Below, piece after piece: positions 1-10,034 of a stretch of DNA of 64,000 nt. The notes beneath the pieces are model-generated. The model was not told where the DNA came from. It worked only from the letters and a program-made list of their open reading frames with translations, and made no database searches. The position numbers and the translations under genes are program-made. The stretch covers positions 1 to 64,000 of the IMG/VR virus record IMGVR_UViG_3300030108_003783; one strand, written 5' to 3'. This stretch comes from a virus. Numbering within the stretch: position 1 is the first letter of the stretch; the number at the start of each line of letters is the position of its first letter.

Positions 1-1
1 T

Positions 2-247
2 AATAAAAGACCAAGAAAGTTACCAGAAGATATGGTTAAAAAATCTTGGCAAGCAGTACAAAATAACATGGGAAAATTTCAAACTCTATTTGGAGCAAGT
101 AATATGTTAATTGTTGATAATTCAGAATATAAAGAATTTTCAAGAGTAGTTAAAAAAGCTGCTAATTCATTTGTAATTAAACCAATTAAAAATCCTATTG
201 CAAAGAAATGGATTAAAAAAGAATTGGAGCTAAGAAAGAAAATATGA
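2..247 (+). CDS. C-terminal part of a P-loop kinase (zeta-toxin/AAA_33-like), 5'-truncated by the window edge; paralog of the next gene
   Basis: Frame is open from base 2 (NKRPRKLPEDMVKKSWQAV...NPIAKKWIKKEL) and aligns by eye with the C-terminus of 244..1413 (RARKERTLLDKVVERSWQSV...NKIAVKWLKH). Confidence 0.7.
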   Translation, partial: NKRPRKLPEDMVKKSWQAVQNNMGKFQTLFGASNMLIVDNSEYKEFSRVVKKAANSFVIKPIKNPIAKKWIKKELELRKKI

Positions 248-1413
248 AACTAGCAAATTGGTTAGCTAAAAATATAATGTATGATCACGTTGATGTTGAT
301 ACTGTTGAAGAATTTATAGTATCGGGTAATGTCAAAAGAATTCTAGAAGCCAGTGCAACTTCAACTTCTGCAACTGGTGATGTAGACGACGGACCTACAA
401 CGTGGTATACAAATAATGCTTCATATAAAAAAGACAATGATATGATGGCTAAGAAACTTGGAATGCAAGTTGTAGATTATCTTTTGTCTAATGAAGAACC
501 AATGCAAGGCAGAGTAAATGACAACATCCCTTCTTATTATCCAGCAGGAATACCAGGTGTAACAACAGCAACGAATAAAGATTACAAAGGTACACAAGCT
601 TATAAAAGATGGAGTAAAAGAATAAAAGATATTGCATTAGTTATAGGGTATGAGTTTATAGACTTTTTAGATAAAGAAGAGATTCCTTCAAAAACTCCTG
701 ATGGTGAAAAAATAAAAGATCAATTAAATGAAGCAGTTAAAAATAAATACGCATTTAAAGCTATTTTCTTAGCTGGTGGTCCTGGGTCTGGTAAATCAAC
801 TGTTATTAATAAATTATTCGGAATACCAGAAAAATCAAAGATACAATCTAATTTAACAAGAGCAGGATTAAAAGTAATAAACTCAGATCAAGCTTATGAA
901 TATTTAAAAGCTAAAAATAAAATACCACCATCGGAAAATGACATGGATGATGCTCAAAGATCTCAAGCTGGTAAGCTTATGGCTAAAGCTGTAAAGGTAG
1001 CAAAGAAACAATTGCAACTTTATGTAGATAGTAAACTGGGTATTATAATAGATGGTACAGGAGCATCATCAAATGCTCTTGGAAAAAAGAAAGCAATGAT
1101 AGAAGAATTGGGATACGATTGTTATATGATATTTGTATCTACTTCTTTGGAAACTGCTTTAGAAAGAAACAGAGCTAGAAAAGAAAGAACATTGCTAGAT
1201 AAAGTAGTAGAAAGATCTTGGCAATCAGTTATGGACAATTTAAAAACTTATAAATCTATGTTTGGATCTAATTTTTCAGAAGTATCTACAGAAGGTAAAG
1301 AAACAAACAATTTACCTAATGGAGTTAGATCAAAGATAAACAAGTTTTTAAATAAACAACCAAAAAATAAAATTGCTGTTAAATGGTTAAAACATGCAAG
1401 GGAGTTATTATAA
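244..1413 (+). CDS. Two-part protein with C-terminal P-loop kinase domain (zeta-toxin/AAA_33-like)
   Basis: AIFLAGGPGSGKS Walker A, INSD, IIIDGTG Walker-B-like, ALERNRAR lid. Confidence 0.75.
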   Translation: MKLANWLAKNIMYDHVDVDTVEEFIVSGNVKRILEASATSTSATGDVDDGPTTWYTNNASYKKDNDMMAKKLGMQVVDYLLSNEEPMQGRVNDNIPSYYPAGIPGVTTATNKDYKGTQAYKRWSKRIKDIALVIGYEFIDFLDKEEIPSKTPDGEKIKDQLNEAVKNKYAFKAIFLAGGPGSGKSTVINKLFGIPEKSKIQSNLTRAGLKVINSDQAYEYLKAKNKIPPSENDMDDAQRSQAGKLMAKAVKVAKKQLQLYVDSKLGIIIDGTGASSNALGKKKAMIEELGYDCYMIFVSTSLETALERNRARKERTLLDKVVERSWQSVMDNLKTYKSMFGSNFSEVSTEGKETNNLPNGVRSKINKFLNKQPKNKIAVKWLKHARELL

Positions 1414-1988
1414 TGAGAAAATCTATTAGTGAATCAAAAGTTCAAAGAATGAGAAACCTTGCTACAGGTAACATTCATGCTAAGTCTAAAATAAGAAGTG
1501 GGTATACAACTAAAAGAATTATTAGAAAAGAAGGCGATGTCTGGGAAGAAAGAGGTAAAACTTGGACAATACAAAATGGTTTAAAACAAACTGTAAATAA
1601 ACTTGATAAAGCAAGAAAAGAAAATGCTGTACCTTTATGTTGCCCTAATTGTAATAAAAGAATGAGACATATAACAGATAAATTTGCATATTCACATTTT
1701 AAATTTTGTATGGATTGCTTAGCAGATTTCGAAACGAATATAAAAAAGAAGGGTAAAGAGCATTGGTTAGAATATGTTAAATCTGTAAAGTCAAAAAACT
1801 TTGATTCTTGGTTAAAAGAAATTAAAGAAGAGTATAGCGATTTCTTAAATCAAAGAGAATCTAAAACTATGATTTCAGAACACGGCGATATAGAAGATTG
1901 GGGAACAGGTCAAACAAAAGAAGAATTACAAAAATTATTTGACAAAGAAATTAAAAAGATAATGGAGCTAAAAAATGAAAAACTCTAA
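1413..1988 (+). CDS. Hypothetical protein with Cys cluster (CPNC...CMDC), possibly Zn-binding
   Basis: Start moved to ATG 1413 (TAATG overlap, GGAG upstream); two CxxC pairs. Confidence 0.65.
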   Translation: MRKSISESKVQRMRNLATGNIHAKSKIRSGYTTKRIIRKEGDVWEERGKTWTIQNGLKQTVNKLDKARKENAVPLCCPNCNKRMRHITDKFAYSHFKFCMDCLADFETNIKKKGKEHWLEYVKSVKSKNFDSWLKEIKEEYSDFLNQRESKTMISEHGDIEDWGTGQTKEELQKLFDKEIKKIMELKNEKL

Positions 1989-2316
1989 AAAGATAAAAGA
2001 AATAATAAACGAAGAGATGGAAAGAATCATTGAAGCTTCAATGACAAAGGGTTTTAAGAAAGCAATTGAAGCTTATCAAGACGTTCAATTAAAGCAGCAA
2101 AAATTAAGAAAAGCCTTTGTAGCAGAAAAGAACCCTAAGAAAAGGGAACAATTAAAACAAGCTTTAATTAAAATGCATAAAATCGTAAAGAAAGCTGAAT
2201 CAGATTTCAATGCAGCTTTAATGCAAGAGCCTGTTGATTTAGATGAAAATGCATCTTATTATTTAGACAAGAAAAAAGATAAGATAATGAAATTTAGAAA
2301 ACAAAAAGGAGAATAA
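1975..2316 (+). CDS. Hypothetical coiled-coil protein, possible head-internal protein
   Basis: ORF with GGAG SD; IINE and IIE motifs near the N-terminus. Confidence 0.55.
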   Translation: MKNSKKIKEIINEEMERIIEASMTKGFKKAIEAYQDVQLKQQKLRKAFVAEKNPKKREQLKQALIKMHKIVKKAESDFNAALMQEPVDLDENASYYLDKKKDKIMKFRKQKGE

Positions 2317-2319
2317 GTT

Positions 2320-2715
2320 ATGGGACTAGGATTAGGAAAATTATTTTCAGGTGGAGCTGGAGAACTGGTAGAATCAGTTGGTGGTGTACTTGATAATCTT
2401 ACAACAAGCAAAGAAGAAAAGCTAGAAGCTAAACGTAAAATGAAACAATTAATTTCAGATTACGAAACTAAAATGGAACAGAATATTACAGATAGATGGA
2501 AATCTGATATGAATTCTGATTCATGGTTATCTAAAAATGTAAGACCATTGGTATTAATATTTTTAGTTGTATGTACAGTATTAATGATATTTATAGATGC
2601 AGGAACTATTGCATTTGAGGTAGAAGAAAAATGGACTGATCTTTTACAATTAGTTTTAATCACAGTAATAGGTGCTTATTTTGGAGGACGTTCATTCGAA
2701 AAACGTAAAAAATAG
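2320..2715 (+). CDS. Holin-like membrane protein (GTA 3TM-holin-like)
   Basis: SDSWLSKNVRP followed by two hydrophobic helices and YFGGRSFEK; AAGGAG SD. Confidence 0.7.
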   Translation: MGLGLGKLFSGGAGELVESVGGVLDNLTTSKEEKLEAKRKMKQLISDYETKMEQNITDRWKSDMNSDSWLSKNVRPLVLIFLVVCTVLMIFIDAGTIAFEVEEKWTDLLQLVLITVIGAYFGGRSFEKRKK

Positions 2716-2717
2716 TT

Positions 2718-4292
2718 ATGAGTCAAAACCTTAAACAAATTATAGCAGCAGAATATAAAAAGTGTGCTACTAACCCAACGCACTTTATGAGAAAATATTC
2801 TTATATTCAACATCCAAATAGAGGAAAGATATTATTTGATTTATATCCTTTCCAAGAAAAGTCTTTGGATATAATAGCAGAAAGCGATTATAATATAATA
2901 CTTAAATCAAGACAATTAGGTATATCAACTTTAACTGCTGGATATGCTTTATGGTGCATGTTATTTAATGAAGACTTTAACGCATTGGTAATTGCAACAA
3001 AGCAAGATGTAGCAAAAAACTTAGTAACAAAAGTTAGAGTGATGCACCAATATTTACCTTCTTGGTTAAAGGGTGGAGTAGTAGAAGACAATAAACTTTC
3101 TTTGAGATTAAGTAATGGTTCTCAAATTAAAGCCATATCTTCATCTCCAGAAGCTGGTCGTTCTGAAGCACTATCTTTATTAGTAATGGATGAAGCAGCA
3201 TTTATTGACCATATAGATGATATATGGGCATCATCACAACAAACACTTGCAACTGGTGGTAAATGTATAGCATTATCAACACCAAATGGTATGGGTAACT
3301 GGTTTCATAAAACTTGGGTTAAAGCTGAAAATAATGAAAACAAATTCAATACGATAAGATTGCATTGGTCAGTACATCCAGATAGAGATGAAACTTGGAG
3401 ACAAGATCAAGACGAATTACTAGGTCCAAAGATGGCAGCACAAGAATGCGATTGTGATTTCCTATCTTCAGGTAATTCTGTTGTACCATCTGAGTTATTA
3501 CAATGGTATAAAGAAACTGTATGTCAAGATCCAGTAGAACAAAGAGGTCCTAATGGAGAATATTGGATATGGGAGTATCCTGATTATTCAAGAGATTATA
3601 TGGTTGTTGCCGATGTAGCTCGTGGAGATGGTGGAGATTATTCAACTTTTCAAATAATAGATGTTGAAACTGTTACACAAGTTGCAGAATACAAAGGACA
3701 AGCTGGAACAAAAGAATTTGGTAACATGTTAGTAAATGTTGCTACAGAATATAATGAAGCATTATTAGTTGTTGAAAATGCCAATGTAGGTTGGGCAGCA
3801 TTACAACCAGCAATAGATAGAAATTATAGAAACTTATATTATACATATAAACACGACGGCGTTACAGATGCAACAACACAATTAACTAAAGGGTATGATT
3901 TAAAAGACCGCTCTCAAATGACTCCTGGTTTTACAACATCATCTCGCACAAGACCCCTTTTAGTTTCAAAACTTGATATTTATTTTAGAGAGAAGTCCTG
4001 TGTAGTCAAGTCCAAAAGATTGATAGATGAACTATTAGTTTTTGTATGGAATGGCAATAGGCCAGAAGCTCAAAAGGGTTATAATGATGACTTGGTAATG
4101 GCTTTTGCAATATCTTTATTCGTTAGAGATCATGCTTTAAAATTAAGGAATGAAGGTATTGAATTAAATAGATTAGCACTAAACAATTTTGAAAGGGGTA
4201 GTGGTATATATAACAAAAGTAATCTTCCTAATGATGGCTGGACAATGAAAACTGGAAATGATGAAGAAGATTTAACTTGGCTTTTACGATAG
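2718..4292 (+). CDS. terL: Terminase large subunit (T4 gp17-like)
   Basis: LYPFQ, KSRQLGIST Walker A, LLVMDE Walker B, STPNG, ADVARG and DDLVMA nuclease motifs. Confidence 0.95.
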   Translation: MSQNLKQIIAAEYKKCATNPTHFMRKYSYIQHPNRGKILFDLYPFQEKSLDIIAESDYNIILKSRQLGISTLTAGYALWCMLFNEDFNALVIATKQDVAKNLVTKVRVMHQYLPSWLKGGVVEDNKLSLRLSNGSQIKAISSSPEAGRSEALSLLVMDEAAFIDHIDDIWASSQQTLATGGKCIALSTPNGMGNWFHKTWVKAENNENKFNTIRLHWSVHPDRDETWRQDQDELLGPKMAAQECDCDFLSSGNSVVPSELLQWYKETVCQDPVEQRGPNGEYWIWEYPDYSRDYMVVADVARGDGGDYSTFQIIDVETVTQVAEYKGQAGTKEFGNMLVNVATEYNEALLVVENANVGWAALQPAIDRNYRNLYYTYKHDGVTDATTQLTKGYDLKDRSQMTPGFTTSSRTRPLLVSKLDIYFREKSCVVKSKRLIDELLVFVWNGNRPEAQKGYNDDLVMAFAISLFVRDHALKLRNEGIELNRLALNNFERGSGIYNKSNLPNDGWTMKTGNDEEDLTWLLR

Positions 4293-4307
4293 AGGGTAAT
4301 AAATAAA

Positions 4308-6140
4308 ATGGAAAACAATACATTTTTTAATAGACTAAGAGGGTTATTTTCTACTAATACAATCGTAAGACGTATTGGAACTAATAAATTAAAGGTTATA
4401 GATGTAAATAAAACCCAAGCACAAGAAAAATTAAGTACAAACAGATTAGTAGATAGGTTTAGTAAACTTTATTCTACAATGGGAATTATAAACCCAACTA
4501 ATGATCCAAACTTTCATACACTAAAATTGCAATTATATGGTGATTATGAAGTAATGGATGAAGATTCAATAGTATCAGCAGCACTAGATATTTACTCTGA
4601 TGAATCTACACTCAGAAATGAATACGGAGACGTATTAACTATTAATTCTAAAGATGAAGAAATAAAGAAAATATTACACAATTTATTTTATGACGTTTTA
4701 AATATAGAATTTAACTTGTGGCCATGGATAAGAAACATGTGTAAATACGGCGACTTCTATTTAAAATTAGATATAACTGAAAAAATTGGTATTGTAGGAG
4801 TATTACCTTTATCTTCATATGAAATGTATAGGTCAGAAGGATTTGATCCTGCAAACCCTGAGCTAGTAAAGTTTGTTCAAGATCAATCTATGGGTGGATA
4901 TACAACTGGTTATAATTCTCAAACAAAATCTAAGATAGAATACGATAATTACGAAATAGCTCACTTTAGATTATTATCAGATACTAACTTTTTACCATAC
5001 GGTAAATCTATGATAGAATCAGCTCGTAAAGTTTGGAAACAGTTAACTCTTATGGAAGATGCAATGATGATTCATAGAATTATGAGAGCTCCAGAGAAAA
5101 GAATATTTAAAGTTGATATTGGAAATATACCTCCTGCAGAAGTTGATACCTACATGCAAAGAGTAATTAACAAATCAAAGAAAACTCCATTTGTTGATCA
5201 AAAGACTGGTCAATACGATATGAAATACAATCTTAATAATATGATGGAAGATTTTTATTTACCAGTTAGAGGAGGTCAATCTGGAACAGAGATTGATACA
5301 CTTTCGGGTATGGAATGGACAGGTATCGATGATGTAAATTATTTAAAAGAAAGAATGTTTGCTGCATTGAAAATTCCTAAAGCTTTTATTGGTTATGAAG
5401 AAGGCGTTGAAGGTAAAGCTACATTAGCAGCACAAGATGTAAGATTTGCAAGAACGATAGAAAGAATACAAAGAATAATTACCTCAGAATTAACTAAGAT
5501 AGCAATTGTACATTTATATTCTCAAGGGTATACAGATGAACAACTAGCAGATTTTGATTTAGAATTAACTAATCCATCAACTATTTACAAACAAGAAAAA
5601 ATAGAATTATGGAATAGTAAAATAGAATTAGCAAGAAATATAAAAGAAGGTCAAATGCTTTCTGAAGATTGGATATACAAAAACATCTTTGAATTAAGTG
5701 ATAGAGATATGACAGAAGAAAGAGAAAGAGTAGTAGACGATGCAAAAGAAAGATTTAGAAAGAGACAATTAGAAGATGAAGGTAATGATCCAAAACAATC
5801 CGGCGAATCTCTTGGTACACCTCATACTCTTGCTATGATAGATCAAGACGATGAAGGAGACAGTGGAGGAGAAACTGCAACAGCTTTTGAAAATAGGAAC
5901 GAAAGAAACGGAAGACCGCCAGAAGGTCCAAAACCAGGAACTCAAGATTCAGCTAGAGGAAGAGATCCGTTAGCAAAGGAGATAAGAAAAAGGACTTCTA
6001 AATTATCTAATAATATAAGAGGAGCTAGGAAAAGCCCATTGAAAAGAGAATCTAATTCTTCTATAGCTAAAAAGCTATTTTCTTCAAGTGAAAAGATCTC
6101 TATATTAAATGAAAACAATCTATTAGACGACGATATTTAA
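4308..6140 (+). CDS. Portal protein (T4 gp20-like)
   Basis: LMEDAMMIHRIMRAPEKRIFKVDIGNIP, EDFYLPVRGG, IDTLSG; follows terL. Confidence 0.95.
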   Translation: MENNTFFNRLRGLFSTNTIVRRIGTNKLKVIDVNKTQAQEKLSTNRLVDRFSKLYSTMGIINPTNDPNFHTLKLQLYGDYEVMDEDSIVSAALDIYSDESTLRNEYGDVLTINSKDEEIKKILHNLFYDVLNIEFNLWPWIRNMCKYGDFYLKLDITEKIGIVGVLPLSSYEMYRSEGFDPANPELVKFVQDQSMGGYTTGYNSQTKSKIEYDNYEIAHFRLLSDTNFLPYGKSMIESARKVWKQLTLMEDAMMIHRIMRAPEKRIFKVDIGNIPPAEVDTYMQRVINKSKKTPFVDQKTGQYDMKYNLNNMMEDFYLPVRGGQSGTEIDTLSGMEWTGIDDVNYLKERMFAALKIPKAFIGYEEGVEGKATLAAQDVRFARTIERIQRIITSELTKIAIVHLYSQGYTDEQLADFDLELTNPSTIYKQEKIELWNSKIELARNIKEGQMLSEDWIYKNIFELSDRDMTEERERVVDDAKERFRKRQLEDEGNDPKQSGESLGTPHTLAMIDQDDEGDSGGETATAFENRNERNGRPPEGPKPGTQDSARGRDPLAKEIRKRTSKLSNNIRGARKSPLKRESNSSIAKKLFSSSEKISILNENNLLDDDI

Positions 6141-6150
6141 TATACTTTGT

Positions 6151-6160
6151 GATATTTATA
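6151..6160 (+). promoter_or_regulatory. Class B (putative late) promoter motif GATATTTATA
   Basis: Recurrent intergenic ATATTTATA upstream of operons. Confidence 0.55.
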
Positions 6161-6182
6161 ATTACATTATAGGCAGGAATAT

Positions 6183-7046
6183 ATGAAAAAGAAAACTAAT
6201 AAACATTCGAAATTCAAAAATACAGGCGTATTATTTGAACTACTAGTAAGACAAATTACTAGCGATACTCTAAGCGGAGTAAAAAATTCTCCTGCTATAA
6301 AGATATTGGAAAAATATTTCAATTCTAAAACAAATATTAGAAAAGAAATACAATTATATCATACTTTGCAAAATCAAAAGTTTAATTCTGAAACTAAAGC
6401 AAATAGATTTATTGACGCTGTTATAAAAGAAAACAAGAAAATAAATAAATCAATTCTTAGAAATGAAAAGTATAATTTAATTAAAGAGATAAAATCTAAT
6501 TATAATTTAGAAAGCTTTTTTAAAACTAAAATTTCAAATTATAAATTAAATGCATCTATTTCTAAAACTTTAGATAGAGAATATACTAATCCAAGTGATA
6601 AGGTTAGATCAAGATATACAGTTATTGAGCATATCATAGGTAATAATCCTATCAAAGTTAATGATGCAAAAGAAAAAGTTATTAAAGAATACAAGAAACA
6701 AGATACAGACTTAAGAGTTTTATCTTATAAAATTTTATTAGAAAAATTCAATAGTAAATATGGTAAATTAAATGTTAACCAAAAAACTCTATTGAGAGAA
6801 TATATAAATAATATTTCTAATAGTAAAAAGTTAAAAGAGTATTCAGATTCAGAAGCAATTAAAATTGCTGATGCAATAAATAAGAAGGTAAATAAAGTAG
6901 ACGATAAAGTTATTAAAATTAAATTAAATGAAGTAAAAGATCAAATTGTAAAAATGCAATCTGAAAGAAAACTAAAAGATGTACACTTAGTTTCTTTACT
7001 TCGTTCTTATGATTTATTAAGGGAGCTTAAAAATGTCACTAAATAA
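6183..7046 (+). CDS. Basic hypothetical protein of the head module
   Basis: 287-aa Lys-rich ORF (KHSKFKNTGVLFELLVRQIT) between portal and protease. Confidence 0.7.
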   Translation: MKKKTNKHSKFKNTGVLFELLVRQITSDTLSGVKNSPAIKILEKYFNSKTNIRKEIQLYHTLQNQKFNSETKANRFIDAVIKENKKINKSILRNEKYNLIKEIKSNYNLESFFKTKISNYKLNASISKTLDREYTNPSDKVRSRYTVIEHIIGNNPIKVNDAKEKVIKEYKKQDTDLRVLSYKILLEKFNSKYGKLNVNQKTLLREYINNISNSKKLKEYSDSEAIKIADAINKKVNKVDDKVIKIKLNEVKDQIVKMQSERKLKDVHLVSLLRSYDLLRELKNVTK

Positions 7047-7479
7047 AAAATTAAAAGAATTAGAAGATAAGTTAAAAGAAGAGGAAGTGGACGAAGCAAA
7101 TGTAACTGGTACTGCTGATGGCCCTTATAATACACCTTATGCTTTTGGTAAAAAGAAAAAGAAAGATATAGAAGTACTTGGCTATAAGAAAGTAAAAGAA
7201 TCAAAGTTTATGACTTTAGCAAAAACTACATTTCTAAATGAAAGATCTTATAAAGAATACAAGAAAGATGAAACTTATACTTCTAAGCAAAAAGTAAACA
7301 ATTCTATCAAAGAAATAAATAGCAAATTAGCTAAGATTGAAAGAATTGTAAATCAGAATATAAAATTAAAATCTGAAACTGGAGTAGATAGAAATAGTTA
7401 TTGGAAATCTACTAGAAGTAACCTGCAAAAAATTGCGGAAAGAATGGCAAGAATTACAGAAAGGTTAAGAAGATTTTAA
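7033..7479 (+). CDS. Hypothetical head-module protein
   Basis: 148-aa ORF with GGAG SD, YNTPYAF motif. Confidence 0.65.
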   Translation: MSLNKKLKELEDKLKEEEVDEANVTGTADGPYNTPYAFGKKKKKDIEVLGYKKVKESKFMTLAKTTFLNERSYKEYKKDETYTSKQKVNNSIKEINSKLAKIERIVNQNIKLKSETGVDRNSYWKSTRSNLQKIAERMARITERLRRF

Positions 7480-7610
7480 TGAAAGCTAAAAAGAAAATAA
7501 CAGAAAAACTTGATAATAATGATTTAGAACAAATACGAAAAATCATTAGACAAGAAATTGCAGAGTTATTTTTTGACTTATATAGAAAAAGAACCGTTTG
7601 GAGTAAATAA
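7479..7610 (+). CDS. Small 43-aa protein not in the ORF track (MKAKKKITEKLDNNDLEQIRKIIRQEIAELFFDLYRKRTVWSK)
   Basis: Fills the gap exactly, with TAATG overlaps at both ends. Confidence 0.7.
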   Translation: MKAKKKITEKLDNNDLEQIRKIIRQEIAELFFDLYRKRTVWSK

Positions 7611-8242
7611 TGAAACAAGTACTTATAGATACTATACCATTTAACGTTTCTCCTCAATTGATAAGAGAATCAGAAGAAAGAAATGGAGGAAGAATAATTG
7701 TTACTGGCGTTTTACAAAGAGCCGGTGCTAAAAATCAAAATGGAAGAGTTTACCCAAAAGAGATATTAGCAAGAGAAGCAAAGAAATATGAACAAGTAGA
7801 AATTGCAGAAAGAAGAGCTTTAGGGGAATTAGATCACCCAGATTCTTCTGTGGTTAATTTAGCAAATGCTTCTCACAATATCAATAGAATATGGTGGAAA
7901 GAAAACGACTTATTAGGAGAAGTTGAAATTCTGTCTACACCTTCTGGAAATATATTAAAAGAATTGCTTAAAGCAAATATAAGATTAGGTATATCTTCAA
8001 GAGGAATGGGATCTGTAAAACAATTATCAGAAGATGGAACATTAGAAGTACAAGGCGATTTTGAATTAGTTTGTTGGGACTTCGTTTCCAATCCTTCTAC
8101 ACATGGTGCTTTTATGAACCCAGTAAACGAATCAGTTACAATGGAAACAGTAAATACAAAATATGATAGATTAAACAATATCATTAACGAAATGCTTTGC
8201 GATTTAACATGCAAATGCTCTTTACCTACTAGGAGAAAATAA
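7610..8242 (+). CDS. Prohead core protease (T4 gp21-like)
   Basis: NQNGRVYP, ALGELDHP, GISSRGMGS, DFVSNPS. Confidence 0.95.
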   Translation: MKQVLIDTIPFNVSPQLIRESEERNGGRIIVTGVLQRAGAKNQNGRVYPKEILAREAKKYEQVEIAERRALGELDHPDSSVVNLANASHNINRIWWKENDLLGEVEILSTPSGNILKELLKANIRLGISSRGMGSVKQLSEDGTLEVQGDFELVCWDFVSNPSTHGAFMNPVNESVTMETVNTKYDRLNNIINEMLCDLTCKCSLPTRRK

Positions 8243-8964
8243 TGAAACTTAGAAATTTATTAAAAGAAAATGCTGAAGATAAAGCTAAAAAGCTAACATC
8301 AGAACAAAGAGCAAGAATTCTTGATGGCGTTTCTAAATTCAATGAATACGGTAAATCTGTTTACAGAGAAACTGATATTAGAGAATTAACAAAAACCCTA
8401 AAAGAATTATCTGAGCAAGCTTCTAATTTAGCTATAACAGAAGCTGGAGATTGGTTCGATGAAATTTCAGTTAAAAGAGATATGAAAGAAGTAAATTCTG
8501 CAGTAAGCTTATTTGAAAAGACTGCAAATGAAATTACAACTTTACAACAAAGAATGGAATCTGTATTTGAAGATATAGGTAACAAGCTTGGTAAATATTA
8601 CGAAATTGCAGAGGCAGTAGATAAAATAGATGATAAAGAAGCTGAAATGGACTTTAAAGATTTACCAGACAAAGATATTGATAATGATGGTGACGTAGAT
8701 GATTCTGATGAGTACTTACATCACAAGTTAGGAGTTGTAGCAAAGAAAACTGAAAATTTATCTTTAAGTAAATTGAAAAATGAAGCAGCACCAAGAATGA
8801 AAACAGCAAAAGAAACAGAAAATATTAAAAAAGTTTATTTAGCTCTTTCAGGATTAAAAAAAGCAGGTGGCTCAGGAAGATATGGTAGAGAATTTGATAG
8901 TGCAAAGAAAAAAGCTCTTAAGGCTATGAACGATATGTTAACATATTCTAGAATAGGAGGATAA
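8242..8964 (+). CDS. Hypothetical head-associated protein with a DxDxDG Ca-binding-like loop
   Basis: MKLRNLLKE N-terminus; DKDIDNDGDVDDSDEYL. Confidence 0.65.
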   Translation: MKLRNLLKENAEDKAKKLTSEQRARILDGVSKFNEYGKSVYRETDIRELTKTLKELSEQASNLAITEAGDWFDEISVKRDMKEVNSAVSLFEKTANEITTLQQRMESVFEDIGNKLGKYYEIAEAVDKIDDKEAEMDFKDLPDKDIDNDGDVDDSDEYLHHKLGVVAKKTENLSLSKLKNEAAPRMKTAKETENIKKVYLALSGLKKAGGSGRYGREFDSAKKKALKAMNDMLTYSRIGG

Positions 8965-8966
8965 TA

Positions 8967-9923
8967 ATGAATTCTAAAATGATTAGAAAAATAATTAAAG
9001 AAGAATTACAAGCTCTTCTTATAACAGAAAAATTTGAATCGAAAAAGCTTTCAAATCTATACTCTATGCTATCAGCTGAAAGATGGTCAGGTGGTAAAAC
9101 TATCTTTACAAAAATAGCAGCAACAAAGAAATTTGATTGGGCAAACACACCAGACTCTGCAATTAAAAAAGCAACATCAGGTAATGCTGGAGCAAACATA
9201 TTAAATGTATTTGTAGTAACAAAGAAAAAGCAAAACATGCAAGACAGAGGCTATTACTATAACACTATACAACCAGGTTTACTTGGTATGACTTTAGGAA
9301 AGAAGATATTAGGAGCTAATGGTAATATAGTTAATAGAAAAGGTGATAGAGCTGGAGCTGATTATACTAAGAAAGGCGTTCACAATTTCAAACAATTTAA
9401 TGCTTATGCAGATGAAGTTTATCAAATAGATACAACTAAAGTTCCAAGCTCAGTTGATATAGCAAACGCAAGAGCAGCTGCAAAAGCTGGAGCAACAGCA
9501 TTACTTTCAGCAAGAGATGTATTAAGAAATAACAAAAAAAGATACCAAGATGCTTTAACAATGAAAGCTGGAGAAGGTGGTTGGAAATCAGCAAGAGATT
9601 ATGTAAAACGTGCAACTGAAACTTTACAAAAGGCTGTAGAAAATCATACAAAAATGTTATCCAATGGAATGTACATGAACACTTGGAATAATGAATATGG
9701 TAATGCTTCAACATTATATGGTAACATAATGGAAAAGTTTAAAAGATTTCAAGAGCAAAACAAATCTGCTTTGAAACATAAAGCCGACGGTAGAGAAACC
9801 GATTATCATAAAGATAGAATGGCTTCAACTCTAAAAGAAATGAAAGATTTATTTATAGATTTTAATAGAAGAATGAAACAATTAGAAGGCGCTAAACCAC
9901 AAAAAATTCAAGCAGGTTGGTAA
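8967..9923 (+). CDS. Hypothetical protein, possible head-internal protein
   Basis: 318-aa ORF, AGGAGG SD, IRKIIKEE...LITE N-terminus. Confidence 0.6.
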   Translation: MNSKMIRKIIKEELQALLITEKFESKKLSNLYSMLSAERWSGGKTIFTKIAATKKFDWANTPDSAIKKATSGNAGANILNVFVVTKKKQNMQDRGYYYNTIQPGLLGMTLGKKILGANGNIVNRKGDRAGADYTKKGVHNFKQFNAYADEVYQIDTTKVPSSVDIANARAAAKAGATALLSARDVLRNNKKRYQDALTMKAGEGGWKSARDYVKRATETLQKAVENHTKMLSNGMYMNTWNNEYGNASTLYGNIMEKFKRFQEQNKSALKHKADGRETDYHKDRMASTLKEMKDLFIDFNRRMKQLEGAKPQKIQAGW

Positions 9924-9949
9924 AAAATACAACCCTCATCGCTCTCAAT

Positions 9950-9989
9950 AAAAAAGTTGGCTTATTCTTTGGATAAGTCAATTTTTTTT
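9950..9989 (+). terminator. Intrinsic terminator overlapping the bS21 promoter
   Basis: AAAAAAGTTGGCTTATTC-TTT-GGATAAGTCAATTTTTTTT: stem with three G-U pairs and a T8 tail. Confidence 0.65.
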
Positions 9990-9999
9990 GTTATATTTA
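9968..9999 (+). promoter_or_regulatory. Class A promoter upstream of bS21
   Basis: TTTG-GATAAGTC...(20-nt spacer)-TATATTTA. Confidence 0.7.
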
Positions 10000-10034
10000 T
10001 ATGTAATTAAAATTATTCACTAAAACAAAATTAT

